A stretch of DNA of 64,000 bases. Origin: Thermostichus sp. DRC_bins_24 (GTDB lineage Bacteria; Cyanobacteriota; Cyanobacteriia; Thermostichales; Thermostichaceae). The DNA lies in contig JAUQVK010000006.1 of assembly GCA_039794845.1 (NCBI GenBank), positions 11,105 to 75,104 on the forward strand. Direction: 5' to 3'. Positions within the stretch are counted from its first letter, which is position 1; every line of letters begins with the position of its first letter. The notes beneath the pieces were generated by a model. The model saw nothing but the letters and a program-made list of their open reading frames with translations, was not told the DNA's origin and ran no database searches. A program made the position numbers and the translations under genes. This document shows, one piece after another, positions 9,330-19,287 of the stretch.

Positions 9330-10229
9330 ATGCTGAAAACCACTCGTCGTCTCGCCCTGCTGGCCCTGTCGGGGTTGGCCGCCCTCACTTTGGCTCCGCA
9401 AGTCAGTCGCGCCGACACCATCTCCGTTGGCTCCAAAGACTTCACCGAGCAATTTATTCTGGGGGAAATGTACGCCCTCGCTCTGGAGGCGGCAGGCTTT
9501 ACCGTCGAGCGCAAACTCAACTTGGGGGGTACGCCGGTGGCCCATGCGGGGTTGCTCAGCGGTGAGATCGACCTCTACCCAGAATATACAGGGACAGGCC
9601 TGCTGACGGTTCTGAAGTTACCCACCAGTGGCGATCCGGTGGAAGTGTACGAAACGGTGGCCCGTGAATACGAAAGCCAGTTCCAACTGATCTGGTTGGA
9701 TCCCGCCCCCATGAACAACACCCAGGCCTTGGCCATGACCCGTGCCAGAGCCGAGGAGTTGGGCATTGTCACCATTTCGGATTTGGCCGCCAAGGCTAGC
9801 GAGCTGGTGATGATCGGGCCACCGGAGTTTCAAGCCCGTGAAGATGGCCTGCCAGGGATCCAGGCGGCCTACGGCAATTTCCGCCTCAAGGAGTACAAAG
9901 CGGTGGATCCCGGCCTGCGCTACCGAGGCTTGTTGGATGGGCAAGCGGATGTGGCGGTGGCTTTTGGCACCGATGGTGAGATTGCTGCCTTTGACTTGGT
10001 GCTGCTGGAGGACGACAAACAGCTCTTCCCGCCCTACCAGGTGGCACCGGTGGTGCGGCAGGATACCTTGCAAGCCAATCCTGGTATTGCCGAAGCCTTA
10101 AATGCCCTTTCGCCCCTGCTGACGGATGCGGTGATGCAGGAGCTGAACTACGAGGTGAGTGGCAACCAGAAGGAACCGGCGGATGTAGCTCGCGCCTTTT
10201 TGGTGGAAGCTGGCATCCTGACGGAATAA
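9330..10229 (+). CDS. Glycine betaine/osmoprotectant ABC transporter substrate-binding protein
   Basis: VGSKDFTEQFILG, IDLYPEYTGT, LEDDKQLFPPY. Confidence 0.9.
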   Translation: MLKTTRRLALLALSGLAALTLAPQVSRADTISVGSKDFTEQFILGEMYALALEAAGFTVERKLNLGGTPVAHAGLLSGEIDLYPEYTGTGLLTVLKLPTSGDPVEVYETVAREYESQFQLIWLDPAPMNNTQALAMTRARAEELGIVTISDLAAKASELVMIGPPEFQAREDGLPGIQAAYGNFRLKEYKAVDPGLRYRGLLDGQADVAVAFGTDGEIAAFDLVLLEDDKQLFPPYQVAPVVRQDTLQANPGIAEALNALSPLLTDAVMQELNYEVSGNQKEPADVARAFLVEAGILTE

Positions 10230-10255
10230 CCCTGGCCATTTAATGAGGCCCCAGC

Positions 10256-11224
10256 GTGAGCACAATTGAGTTCGAGCGGGTATCGCTGCGCTTTCCCCAC
10301 AGTTCCCGTCCTGCCGTGGAGGAGTGTAGCTTCTCTGTGGAGTCGGGCCAGTTTGTGGTCATTTTGGGGCCTTCCGGCTGCGGCAAAACCACCTTGCTCA
10401 AGATGGTGAACCGGCTGCTGGATCCCACCCAGGGACAAATTCGCTTGCAAGGCAAGGATATTCGCCAGTTTCCGGTGACGGCCCTGCGGCAGCGGATTGG
10501 CTATGTGATCCAGCAATCGGGGCTATTCCCTCACATGACGGTGGCCCAGAATGTGTCGGTGGTGCCCCGCCTTTTGGGATGGGCTAAGGAGCGCATCCGC
10601 CAGCGGGTGGATGATCTGCTCAGTCTGGTCAATTTGCCCCCCCATGAATATCGGCATCGCTACCCCGCTCAATTGTCGGGGGGACAACAGCAACGGGTGG
10701 GCTTGGCCCGCGCCTTGGCCGGGGATCCGGGGCTACTGCTAATGGATGAACCCTTCGGGGCCATTGATGCCATTACCCGCAGCAAGCTGCAGGAGGAGAT
10801 CCTGCGCCTGCAACGGCAACTGAAAAAGACCATCCTCTTTGTCTCCCACGATGTGGAGGAGGCGCTGCGCCTGGCGGATCGGATTCTGGTGATGCAGAAG
10901 GGGCGGGTGGCCCAGTTCGATACCCCCTTTCGGCTGCTCACCCAACCGGCCAGCCCTTTTGTTAAGGAGTTGCTGGGGGCGGATGACATGGTGCGACAAC
11001 TGAGCGTGTTGCGGGTGGAAACCGCCATGGCTCAGATCCCCCACAATCACGAAATTCAGGAGGGGGCGGTGGTGAAACCTCATGAAACCCTGCGGCGGGC
11101 CTTATCGGTGCTGTTGCGAACCGGGGCAGCCGCCTTGACGGTGTGGGAGGATGGACGAGCCATCGGTATTTTGACCCTGGAGCACATTCGCGATTTGGCC
11201 ATGCTGGAGGGGGGATCTGCGTGA
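10256..11224 (+). CDS. Osmoprotectant ABC transporter ATP-binding protein with CBS-like tail
   Basis: GPSGCGKT, LSGGQQQRVG, LLMDEPFGA. Confidence 0.92.
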   Translation: MSTIEFERVSLRFPHSSRPAVEECSFSVESGQFVVILGPSGCGKTTLLKMVNRLLDPTQGQIRLQGKDIRQFPVTALRQRIGYVIQQSGLFPHMTVAQNVSVVPRLLGWAKERIRQRVDDLLSLVNLPPHEYRHRYPAQLSGGQQQRVGLARALAGDPGLLLMDEPFGAIDAITRSKLQEEILRLQRQLKKTILFVSHDVEEALRLADRILVMQKGRVAQFDTPFRLLTQPASPFVKELLGADDMVRQLSVLRVETAMAQIPHNHEIQEGAVVKPHETLRRALSVLLRTGAAALTVWEDGRAIGILTLEHIRDLAMLEGGSA

Positions 11225-11838
11225 GCTACATCCTCGACAATCCTGGCCTGGTGTGGCAGCTGACCCAAGAGCATCTGGTGATGATGGGCATTACCCTGGC
11301 CATCGCGGTGGCAGTAGCCTTGCCGATGGCTTTGCTCATTCATCAGGTGCCCTGGCTCACCCTTCCCATCATGGGTTTGCTCAGCACCCTCTACACGGTG
11401 CCCAGCTTGGCCTTGATCATTCTGTTGGTGCCCTTGTTTGGCCTCAATGCCCGCTCGGTGATCGTGGCGATGGTGCTCTACACCCAGGTGATCTTGGTGC
11501 GGCATCTTTCCGTGGGCTTGCGCTCCATTAAGCCCGCCATTTTGGAAGCGGCCAAAGGCATGGGGATGAACCTCTGGCAACGCTGGTGGCAGATACAGGT
11601 GCCGCTGATGTTGCCGATTTTTTTGGCGGGGCTGCGGCTGGCGGCGATTGTAGCCATTGCCATTGCCACGATTGGGGCCAAGTTTGGGGCGGGGGGGCTG
11701 GGAACCCTGTTGTTTGACGGCATTGCCCAAGCGGGTCGCTACGACAAGATCTGGGCCGGATCCCTGGCGGTGGGATCCCTGGCGTTGCTGGTGAATACGG
11801 CTTTGCTGGGGTTGGAGTGGGCGGTGCGTCGGGAATAG
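11221..11838 (+). CDS. Osmoprotectant ABC transporter permease
   Basis: LYTVPSLAL, EAAKGMGM loop, GAGGLG; GTG start overlaps the upstream stop. Confidence 0.9.
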   Translation: MSYILDNPGLVWQLTQEHLVMMGITLAIAVAVALPMALLIHQVPWLTLPIMGLLSTLYTVPSLALIILLVPLFGLNARSVIVAMVLYTQVILVRHLSVGLRSIKPAILEAAKGMGMNLWQRWWQIQVPLMLPIFLAGLRLAAIVAIAIATIGAKFGAGGLGTLLFDGIAQAGRYDKIWAGSLAVGSLALLVNTALLGLEWAVRRE

Positions 11839-11987
11839 GGTGGGCAACCCGCTAGGATGAGATAGATAGTCTCAACAGTCTCGGGAACATACCACCCTGT
11901 TGCTCCGCAATGCTGTCGAAACAGCGGGAACCGCACGACCTGAGGGGGCAGACTACTTTCTCTATAGCGGGGCTAGATGCTGATTCT

Positions 11988-12569
11988 ATGGCTGATCAAC
12001 CTCGGTTGAGCGACTCGCCCTCTCGCAGCGATTCCGAACTGATTGAGGCCCTCAAGGCGGGGCAACCTACGGCTCTTGGTGTACTCTACGACCGTTATGC
12101 TCCATTGGTCTATGGACTAGCCCTCAAGATCATGGCCAATGCCACCGATGCTGAAGACCTCACTCAGGAGGTGTTCGTCACCCTGTGGCGCAAGCCCAGC
12201 TATGATGCACGGCGGGGATCCCTGAGCAGCTTCTTGTGTGTGTTGACCCGTTCTCGAGCCATTGATCGTCTGCGTTCTCAAGGCAGCAGTCAACGTTTCT
12301 TAGAGCGCTGGCAACCTATTCTCAGCGCCGATACCCTGACTCCACCTCCCTTTGAGCAGGTTTCGATTGAGGAACGGCGGCAGGCGGTACAGGAGGCCCT
12401 TAGCCAGTTGCCTGAAAACCAACGGCAGATCCTGGAGTTGCTCTACTACCAAGGGTTGAGCCAGGCGGAAATTGCTCGACAATTGGGGATCCCGTTGGGA
12501 ACCGTCAAAACCCGCTCTCGCCAAGCCCTCTTCAAATTACGGGGATCCCTGCAGCCCCTCCTCCGTTGA
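11988..12569 (+). CDS. ECF sigma-70 factor (SigK-like)
   Basis: LYDRY, AEDLTQEVF, RSRAIDRLR, LSQAEIA..LGIPLGTVKTR. Confidence 0.92.
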   Translation: MADQPRLSDSPSRSDSELIEALKAGQPTALGVLYDRYAPLVYGLALKIMANATDAEDLTQEVFVTLWRKPSYDARRGSLSSFLCVLTRSRAIDRLRSQGSSQRFLERWQPILSADTLTPPPFEQVSIEERRQAVQEALSQLPENQRQILELLYYQGLSQAEIARQLGIPLGTVKTRSRQALFKLRGSLQPLLR

Positions 12570-12590
12570 GTTAGGTTTGCTTCCATCACT

Positions 12591-13346
12591 ATGTCTGAAT
12601 CCTCCTCTCCATTTGAACACGAAGAACTGGCAGGCTACTTGCTCGGGGATTTGCTGCCGGAAGAGGCGAGCGCCCTAGAAGAACGCTTGAACCAAGATCC
12701 TCACCTTGTGGCGGAGCTGCTAACCCTACAAGAAACCCTGGACTTGTTGCCCTATGGATTGCCCGGGGTGATCCCGCCCGCGGCTTTGCGAGATAAAGTC
12801 ATGGCGGAGGTGGGCATTCAGGAAGCGCCTACCCCCATCCAATCGGCATTGCCCTCTCTTCCGGCCAGTCGCTTCAAGGCTTGGTGGCGCTGGTTGGGGG
12901 GGTTGTTGGTGGTGGCTTTGGTTTTGCTGGGCTTGGACAACTGGCGGCTGCGGCAGTCGCTGCAATTGGCCCAATTGGAATCGGTACAGGAATTGGCCAA
13001 TCTTCTGCAACAACCGGGATCCCGTCTGGTGAATTTGCAGGGCGAGGTGGGGGCAGCCAACTTGCTGTTTCGCCCGGGAGAGTGGCAGGAGGTGATTTTG
13101 GCGGCAACCGAACTGCCACAACTGTCCTCAGGAGAGAGCTACCACCTCTGGCTCAGGCTGGACAACGGCGACATCCTCTACTGCGGCGACTTTGAGGTGG
13201 ATGCCGGCGGTTCAGCGATCGTGGCCATGCGTCCACCGCGGACACCGCCGATGGGTACCCGTGCCCAAGAACTGTGGATTACGGCCCAGGCTCGCAGCGG
13301 CCCCCGAGAACCGCGCGGAGAACCCCTCCTAACGGGCACAGTGTAA
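12591..13346 (+). CDS. RskA-like anti-sigma factor
   Basis: LAGYLLGDL..EE N-terminus, PPAALRDKV, single TM, C-terminal Y.LW...P.G domain; follows the ECF sigma. Confidence 0.85.
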   Translation: MSESSSPFEHEELAGYLLGDLLPEEASALEERLNQDPHLVAELLTLQETLDLLPYGLPGVIPPAALRDKVMAEVGIQEAPTPIQSALPSLPASRFKAWWRWLGGLLVVALVLLGLDNWRLRQSLQLAQLESVQELANLLQQPGSRLVNLQGEVGAANLLFRPGEWQEVILAATELPQLSSGESYHLWLRLDNGDILYCGDFEVDAGGSAIVAMRPPRTPPMGTRAQELWITAQARSGPREPRGEPLLTGTV

Positions 13347-14005
13347 TGGCCGGTCTGCGTCGACGGGGATTGGCCTTGCTGATCGGGCCGTTGCTGGCCC
13401 TCATGGCTTTGTGGTGGACCGATCCGACCCCGACAACCCTGAGCCACTATGTCACTTCATTGCAGCAGCGCAGCGGAGCTCAAATTCATAACATTCGCCA
13501 AGCCGCCCAAAGTTTGGATGGGGTGTACATTCAGCCAGGGGCGATTTTTTCATTTAATCAGGTGGTAGGGCCCCGCAGCCTGGAACGGGGCTATTTGCCC
13601 GCGCCTGTGTTCATGGTGGCTGAAACCCTCGATTCAGTAGGGGGAGGCATTTGTCAGGTGTCTTCTAGCCTTTACAATGCCGCTTTGTTGGCAGGGCTGA
13701 AGGTGGTGGAGCGACATCCCCATTACACACGAGTGGAGTCGGTACCCCCTGGCTTGGATGCCACCGTTTGGTATGGCTTAGCCGACCTAAAATTGCAGAA
13801 TCCTTTTCCCTGGCCTGTGCGGTTGCGAGCGGAAATTCAAGGACAAACCCTGGCTGTGTCGGTACTGGGGCGGGGATCCCTGCAGCGTCTGAATATCCCC
13901 CCCCTCCAAGTGCAGTACCACTGGCTGGATCGGCAGCATCTGCAAGTGAGCGTGTATCGGGGCAATGAGCGCCTCTCCCAGGATCGCTACGTGATAGTTC
14001 AATAA
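13346..14005 (+). CDS. VanW-family protein
   Basis: FSFNQVVGPR...GY, GGGICQVSSSLYNA, ERHPH, PPGLDATV; TAATG coupling to the anti-sigma gene. Confidence 0.88.
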   Translation: MAGLRRRGLALLIGPLLALMALWWTDPTPTTLSHYVTSLQQRSGAQIHNIRQAAQSLDGVYIQPGAIFSFNQVVGPRSLERGYLPAPVFMVAETLDSVGGGICQVSSSLYNAALLAGLKVVERHPHYTRVESVPPGLDATVWYGLADLKLQNPFPWPVRLRAEIQGQTLAVSVLGRGSLQRLNIPPLQVQYHWLDRQHLQVSVYRGNERLSQDRYVIVQ

Positions 14006-14036
14006 TGGATAGTTCAATAATGGGGGGTTATAGGGC

Positions 14037-17000
14037 TTAAAGGTTTTTGAGGTGTTGGCGAATATCGACCAGGGCTTGTTCTAACTTCACCAAAGCCTTT
14101 TGGGAAGGCAACCAATCGGCAGCGCCAGCTCCCGAACCCTCGCCTTGACCAGCGGTGAGCTGTCGACCCAGTTGTTCCAGGTCTCGAGCGATCTGACAGA
14201 AACCCTCGGCGCCAACGTTGGCACTGGCCCCCTTGAGGCGATGGCTAATTTTGCGCAAAGCTTCTCCATCTTGATGGGCGATGGCTTGACGAATCTGCTG
14301 CAACTGCTCCTCAGCATCGCTGGCGAACACCTGCAAAAGCTCTCGTTCAAACTCCCGATCGCCACCAGAAACCCGCTCAAGGTGGGCTTGGTTGATGGGG
14401 TAGGGCAAGGTGGGGGGATCCCCCGGATGGGGCGCTAGGCCCTCCAGATCAAGAGACCACTCATCAGACAACGCCTCAGTTGCAGAATCCCTGCCGGCAG
14501 GGTTACAGGATGGGTCCGGGGTGGGCAGAGCATCTTCAGGCAGGGATCCCTTGGGTTGGGCCGCCTTGGCAATCACCGGGCTCCACCGGGTCAGCATCGC
14601 CTCAAGATCCTCTTTGGAAACGGGCTTACTCAGGTAATCATCCATGCCAGCCTGTAAACAGCGCTCCCGATCTTCCTGCAGGGCGTTGGCGGTCATGGCA
14701 ATCACCACTGTGTGTTGGTTGGATCCCGCCTCCCGTTGGCGAATGCGGCGAGTGGCTTCATAGCCGTCCATGATGGGCATCTGACAGTCCATCAAGATCA
14801 CGTCGTAGGCAATGTGTTCTAACAGATCCAACACCTCTTGCCCATTGGCCACCACATCCACTCCGTAGCCCAAACTGCGCAACTGCCGCAAAGCCACCTT
14901 TTGGTTCACGGGGTTATCTTCTGCCAGCAACACCCGAAACGATTGCTGAGGTTTGGATGCAGGTTTGGTGTCGTCGATACGTTCCGACTGGGGTAAGGGG
15001 GTGCTCATGCCCAAGAGAGGGGCAGAAAGACCCGAAGGTTTCCCCAAGGCAATGGCCAGAGCCTCTCGCAAGCGGGTTTGTTTGACAGGCTTAATCAAAT
15101 AGGCAGCAAAGCCAATCTCCAGAATGCGGTGTGACACCTCCCCGACGCCAAGTGAGGTCATCATCACCAGTTGGGTCTCCGCCAGCAAGGGATCCCCTTT
15201 GATCCAACGGCCCAAGGTTTCCCCATCCACCTCGGGCATTTGCATATCCAACACCGCCACCTGAAACGGGATCCCGTCTTGTGCTGCTTGCCGCAGTTTG
15301 TCCAGGGCTTGCGGGGCACTTTCAGCCTCCTCCACCAGCATTCCCCAGGCCGTGGTTTGGTAACGGACGATCTTGCGGTTCGTGGCGTTGTCATCTACCA
15401 CCAAAAGCCGCTTGCCTCGTAAGTCAGCCGGGATGCGGGTTGGGGGTTGCGAGAGCCGCTTGAGCGCCGAGTGCGTTTGCTTTTCTAAGGTGAGTTCCAC
15501 GCTGAAGGTGCTGCCCTGGTGCTCCTGGCTTTCCAGGGTGATTTTGCCCCCCATCAATTCCGTCAGTTGCTTGCAAATGGCTAAGCCCAACCCCGTACCG
15601 CCGTATTTTCGGGTGGTGGAGGCATCCACCTGGCTAAAGGGTTGAAACAACTTGTATTGCAGCTCCGCAGGGATCCCAATCCCTGTATCCTTGACGGATA
15701 TTTTCAGGTGCGCATGGGTGGCGGTTTGTCCCAGAAGCTCGGCTTGCAAAAGCACCTCGCCACTGTGGGTAAATTTAACCGCATTGCCCACCAGATTGGT
15801 GAGAATCTGTCGCAACCGGGATCCATCCCCCCGCAAGTGGCGCGGCACTTCCTGTTGAATCAAAACCGCCAATTCTAACCCTTTGGCATGGGCACTGGGA
15901 GCAAACAAATCGGCCACTTCCTCCAGGCAGGATCCTAGGTCGAAATCGAGGATTTCCAACTCCATTTCCCCGGCTTCCAACTTAGAGAAATCGAGGATCT
16001 CGTTAATCAGGCTGAGCAGGGCATCGCCACTGATGCGGATGGTTTCCACAAAGTCTTGCTGCTCGGGGCTAAGGTTTGTTTCCAGCAATAGCCCCGTCAT
16101 TCCCAATACCGCGTTCATGGGGGTACGAATTTCGTGGCTCATGGTGGCCAAAAAGCTACTCTTGGCTTCTGAGGCTTTTTCCGCCATTTTGCGGGCTTGT
16201 TCCAACTCAAAATTCCGCTGAGTTTCCCGCCGCAGCATCTCAGCTTGCGCCAAAGCAATGCCGATTTGATCTGCCAGTTGCGAGAGTAGTTCTATTTCAA
16301 AAGGCTGCCACTGGCGAGGCTCCGAACAGTGATGAGCGATCAACAACCCCCACAGCTCCTTCCGTAGAAAGATCGGGACAACCAGATTGGCTTTTACCTG
16401 AAAGCGCTGCAGCAGCTCAACATGGCAATCGCTTATCTCACCTGCTGTGATGTCATCTATGGCTTTAATACGACCGCCGCCATACAGGTCAAAGTAATGG
16501 TTCTGAAAACACTCATCCTCAATGACTTGGTCGAGCAGAGAAATATAACCCTCCCGAACCTTCTCGTTGACGACCCTACCGGAATGATCTGTCTGAAAGC
16601 GGTAGACCAAGACCCGATCGGCATTTAAGAGTGCTTGAATTTCATTAACGGCTGTTTCCAAAATCTCCTCGATCTGTAGAGACTCCCGAATTTTTAGGCT
16701 CAGCTCTGAGAACAGTTTGGTTCGTCGGTGTTGCCGCTCCAACTCTTCGGCCACCTGTTTCTGCTCCGTTACATTCCGGAAAATGCCCCGGGTAGAGACT
16801 GGTTTGCCTTCTACAAATCGGCAACTGGCATTGCCTTCTACCCACACTACTTCTCCTGTAGAGGTGACAAAAGCAGCTTCAATTCGCTCTATCTTTTGGC
16901 CACTAATCAACCCCTGAAAAACCTTTTGGCAATGTTCCCAGCTCTCAGGATGAATAATATCCTGCAAGGTGAGGTGAGGAATCTCCTCTTCGCCATAGCC

Positions 17001-18707
17001 TAACGTTTCTCGCCAGGCTCGGTTTACATAAAGAAAATGCCCTTCTACATCCACACTTTGAATCAGATCAGTTGCATTTTCAAACAAGTCTCGATAACGA
17101 TCTTCACTCTCTTTAAGGGCCATTTCCGCCAATTTTCGGTCGGTAATGTCAATGCCCGTGCCCATAATAAATTCAATAGAGCCATTCTCATTCCTCAGGG
17201 CCGTATTCGACCAAGAGATCAACCGCAGCGCCCCTTGTTTGGTTTGCCAAAAGTTTTCATGGTGAGTCAGTAGGTTATGGTCCTTCAAGCTTTGGAAAGC
17301 CTGTTTGACCCCAGCAATGTTTTCCGGTGGGATCAACCCCACATCCCACAGCCGCCGTCCTTTCACCTCCGCCAGCGCATAGCCAGACAATTGCTCAGCC
17401 GCCCGGTTAAAGCGGAGGATGCGCCCTTCAGGATCCATCACCACCACCAGGGCTCCAGCCGTATCGATGACGGCGTTGGTAAAGTCTCGTTCTTGCTTGA
17501 GGAAGGTTTCCGCCCGTTCCCGCTCTTCGATCTCCCGCCGAATCAGCAGATAAACCAACAACAAAACCACGTAAGTAAACACCAACCCGCCCAAAAAGGT
17601 GGCATTGGCGCTGATCAGGGTGAGCTGAACACGGAAGCTGCGCTCCTGTAGGAGGCGGTTTTCTTCCTCTTGCATGGTTTGGACCAAGGCTGTGAGCTGC
17701 TCCATCACCACTGGCCCTTCGTAACGCCGGAGCTTTGTTTGAGCTGCTGAAAGTCCCTCTTGGTCTCTGAGATCGATCGATTCCTGCAACGAGTTCAGCC
17801 GCCGTTCCAGCAATTGCTCCACTTGAGCCAAGCGTTCTTGCTGGGCGGGATTATCGGAGATCAGCTCACGCAACAGCCGCAATCGAGTCGGAATGGCCTG
17901 AAGAGTGGCCCGATAGTTATTCAGGTAGCGAATATCGTTGGTTAAGAGGTAGCCCCGTTGATCGGTCTCCGCCGAGCGGGTTTCTGCGAGCAGGCCCTCC
18001 AGATTTTTGAGGACCTCAAAGGTGCGAGCCACTTGGGCTGTGACCTGAGGCAGTCGCAACACATTGCGTTGTGTCAAGTAGGTGACTCCCCCCAAGAGGA
18101 TGGCCGCGATGCCGAACCCGGCCGTGACCTTGAGGAGAAAGTGTTTTTTTCTGTGGGAAGGGGTGATCGAAGCAGTTGATTTTGGAGTCAGGGGGGTGCG
18201 GGAAAGCTGGGCAAGGCTGCGGCGGAGCTCCAGTTGGGCTGCCACCTGATGGCTGAGGGCTTTAAGCTGCTCCAGCTGTTCTTCGCTGAGGTGGCGAGGT
18301 TGATAGTCGATGACGCACAGGGTACCTAGGGCCCGGCCTTCCGGATTTACCAAAGGGATCCCGGCATAAAAGCGAACGTGAGGATCCCCGGTCACAAAGG
18401 GGTTATCGGCAAAGCGTTCATCCTGTTGAGCATCTTCGACAACCAGGGGCTCTTGGGGGTTCAAGATGGCATGGGCACAAAAAGCCACATCACGGGAGGT
18501 TTGCTCTACCTCTACCCCGAGTTTGGCCTTGAACCACTGGCGATCCACATCGATGAGGCTGACCAAAGCTGCCGGGGTACCACAAACATAGGCAGCCAGA
18601 CGCACCAGCTCGTCAAAGCTGGCCTCAGGAGCAGTATCCAAAATGTGATACTCACGCAGGGCAGCCAGCCGTTGCGCTTCGTCTGGGGGGAGAGGTGCCT
18701 TTGGCAT
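14037..18707 (-). CDS. Hybrid sensor histidine kinase: GAF-CHASE3-PAS-PAS-cyanobacteriochrome GAF-HisKA-HATPase-REC-REC-Hpt
   Basis: ETDQRGYLLT (CHASE3); DECF...CH...VKANLVVPI (CBCR GAF); SHEIRTPMN; GGTGLGL; two LDMQMP/MDCQMP receivers; HRLKGAS Hpt. Confidence 0.93.
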   Translation of the reverse strand: MPKAPLPPDEAQRLAALREYHILDTAPEASFDELVRLAAYVCGTPAALVSLIDVDRQWFKAKLGVEVEQTSRDVAFCAHAILNPQEPLVVEDAQQDERFADNPFVTGDPHVRFYAGIPLVNPEGRALGTLCVIDYQPRHLSEEQLEQLKALSHQVAAQLELRRSLAQLSRTPLTPKSTASITPSHRKKHFLLKVTAGFGIAAILLGGVTYLTQRNVLRLPQVTAQVARTFEVLKNLEGLLAETRSAETDQRGYLLTNDIRYLNNYRATLQAIPTRLRLLRELISDNPAQQERLAQVEQLLERRLNSLQESIDLRDQEGLSAAQTKLRRYEGPVVMEQLTALVQTMQEEENRLLQERSFRVQLTLISANATFLGGLVFTYVVLLLVYLLIRREIEERERAETFLKQERDFTNAVIDTAGALVVVMDPEGRILRFNRAAEQLSGYALAEVKGRRLWDVGLIPPENIAGVKQAFQSLKDHNLLTHHENFWQTKQGALRLISWSNTALRNENGSIEFIMGTGIDITDRKLAEMALKESEDRYRDLFENATDLIQSVDVEGHFLYVNRAWRETLGYGEEEIPHLTLQDIIHPESWEHCQKVFQGLISGQKIERIEAAFVTSTGEVVWVEGNASCRFVEGKPVSTRGIFRNVTEQKQVAEELERQHRRTKLFSELSLKIRESLQIEEILETAVNEIQALLNADRVLVYRFQTDHSGRVVNEKVREGYISLLDQVIEDECFQNHYFDLYGGGRIKAIDDITAGEISDCHVELLQRFQVKANLVVPIFLRKELWGLLIAHHCSEPRQWQPFEIELLSQLADQIGIALAQAEMLRRETQRNFELEQARKMAEKASEAKSSFLATMSHEIRTPMNAVLGMTGLLLETNLSPEQQDFVETIRISGDALLSLINEILDFSKLEAGEMELEILDFDLGSCLEEVADLFAPSAHAKGLELAVLIQQEVPRHLRGDGSRLRQILTNLVGNAVKFTHSGEVLLQAELLGQTATHAHLKISVKDTGIGIPAELQYKLFQPFSQVDASTTRKYGGTGLGLAICKQLTELMGGKITLESQEHQGSTFSVELTLEKQTHSALKRLSQPPTRIPADLRGKRLLVVDDNATNRKIVRYQTTAWGMLVEEAESAPQALDKLRQAAQDGIPFQVAVLDMQMPEVDGETLGRWIKGDPLLAETQLVMMTSLGVGEVSHRILEIGFAAYLIKPVKQTRLREALAIALGKPSGLSAPLLGMSTPLPQSERIDDTKPASKPQQSFRVLLAEDNPVNQKVALRQLRSLGYGVDVVANGQEVLDLLEHIAYDVILMDCQMPIMDGYEATRRIRQREAGSNQHTVVIAMTANALQEDRERCLQAGMDDYLSKPVSKEDLEAMLTRWSPVIAKAAQPKGSLPEDALPTPDPSCNPAGRDSATEALSDEWSLDLEGLAPHPGDPPTLPYPINQAHLERVSGGDREFERELLQVFASDAEEQLQQIRQAIAHQDGEALRKISHRLKGASANVGAEGFCQIARDLEQLGRQLTAGQGEGSGAGAADWLPSQKALVKLEQALVDIRQHLKNL

Positions 18708-18944
18708 AGGTCGAGCACAGCAACAGAGATCCACCGCAGGGCCAAATCACCCGGAAGATCGGCGGTATAAAAAGAGATAGCCCTAGCATAACTTCGGCAA
18801 CAACCCTCTTCCTGCATGGGAATCGGGAAAATCTCGTCTTCGGGTTCGGATTCTGTTGCGTTCGTCCTTAAACCCCGAGAAACACACAACCTGGGCGAGC
18901 GGGCCCCTTCATCAGGAGCAGCATGCTAGAGGAGATTGACTCGG

Positions 18945-19094
18945 TCAGCCGCCTTTGCCAAAAGGATTGTTGCCCCTTTCGCCGAAGAGCTTAGCCTCTC
19001 CTTTGATTGCCGCCTTGATGATGTTGTAGGCAGCCCAACCCACCACCAAGACGATCGGCCCCAAAACGATAATCGGACGAAAATCAATATCCAT
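18945..19094 (-). CDS. psbY: Photosystem II protein Y
   Basis: Manual translation MDIDFRPIIVLGPIVLVVGWAAYNIIKAAIKGEAKLFGERGNNPFGKGG; AGGAGG RBS upstream; D.R..IVL.P.....GWA.YNI PsbY pattern. Confidence 0.85.
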   Translation of the reverse strand: MDIDFRPIIVLGPIVLVVGWAAYNIIKAAIKGEAKLFGERGNNPFGKGG

Positions 19095-19287
19095 GGTCTT
19101 TATCCTCCTGAAGTATTGGTGAAACCGAGGTTTCCAGGGTTGGCTGCTGCTGGGATCCTGTAAGTAACCTTCTTTTGTAGGGATCTACAGCGTGGTGGGG
19201 CACAACTCTGGAAGGGTGAATATGTCCAGAATAAACCAAGTAGGGGATCCCAACCGGGCAGATTTTGCCCAGAATTAGGCCACTGAA

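Noticed and set aside
18936..19163. 75-aa plus-strand ORF
   Set aside because: Antisense shadow of psbY
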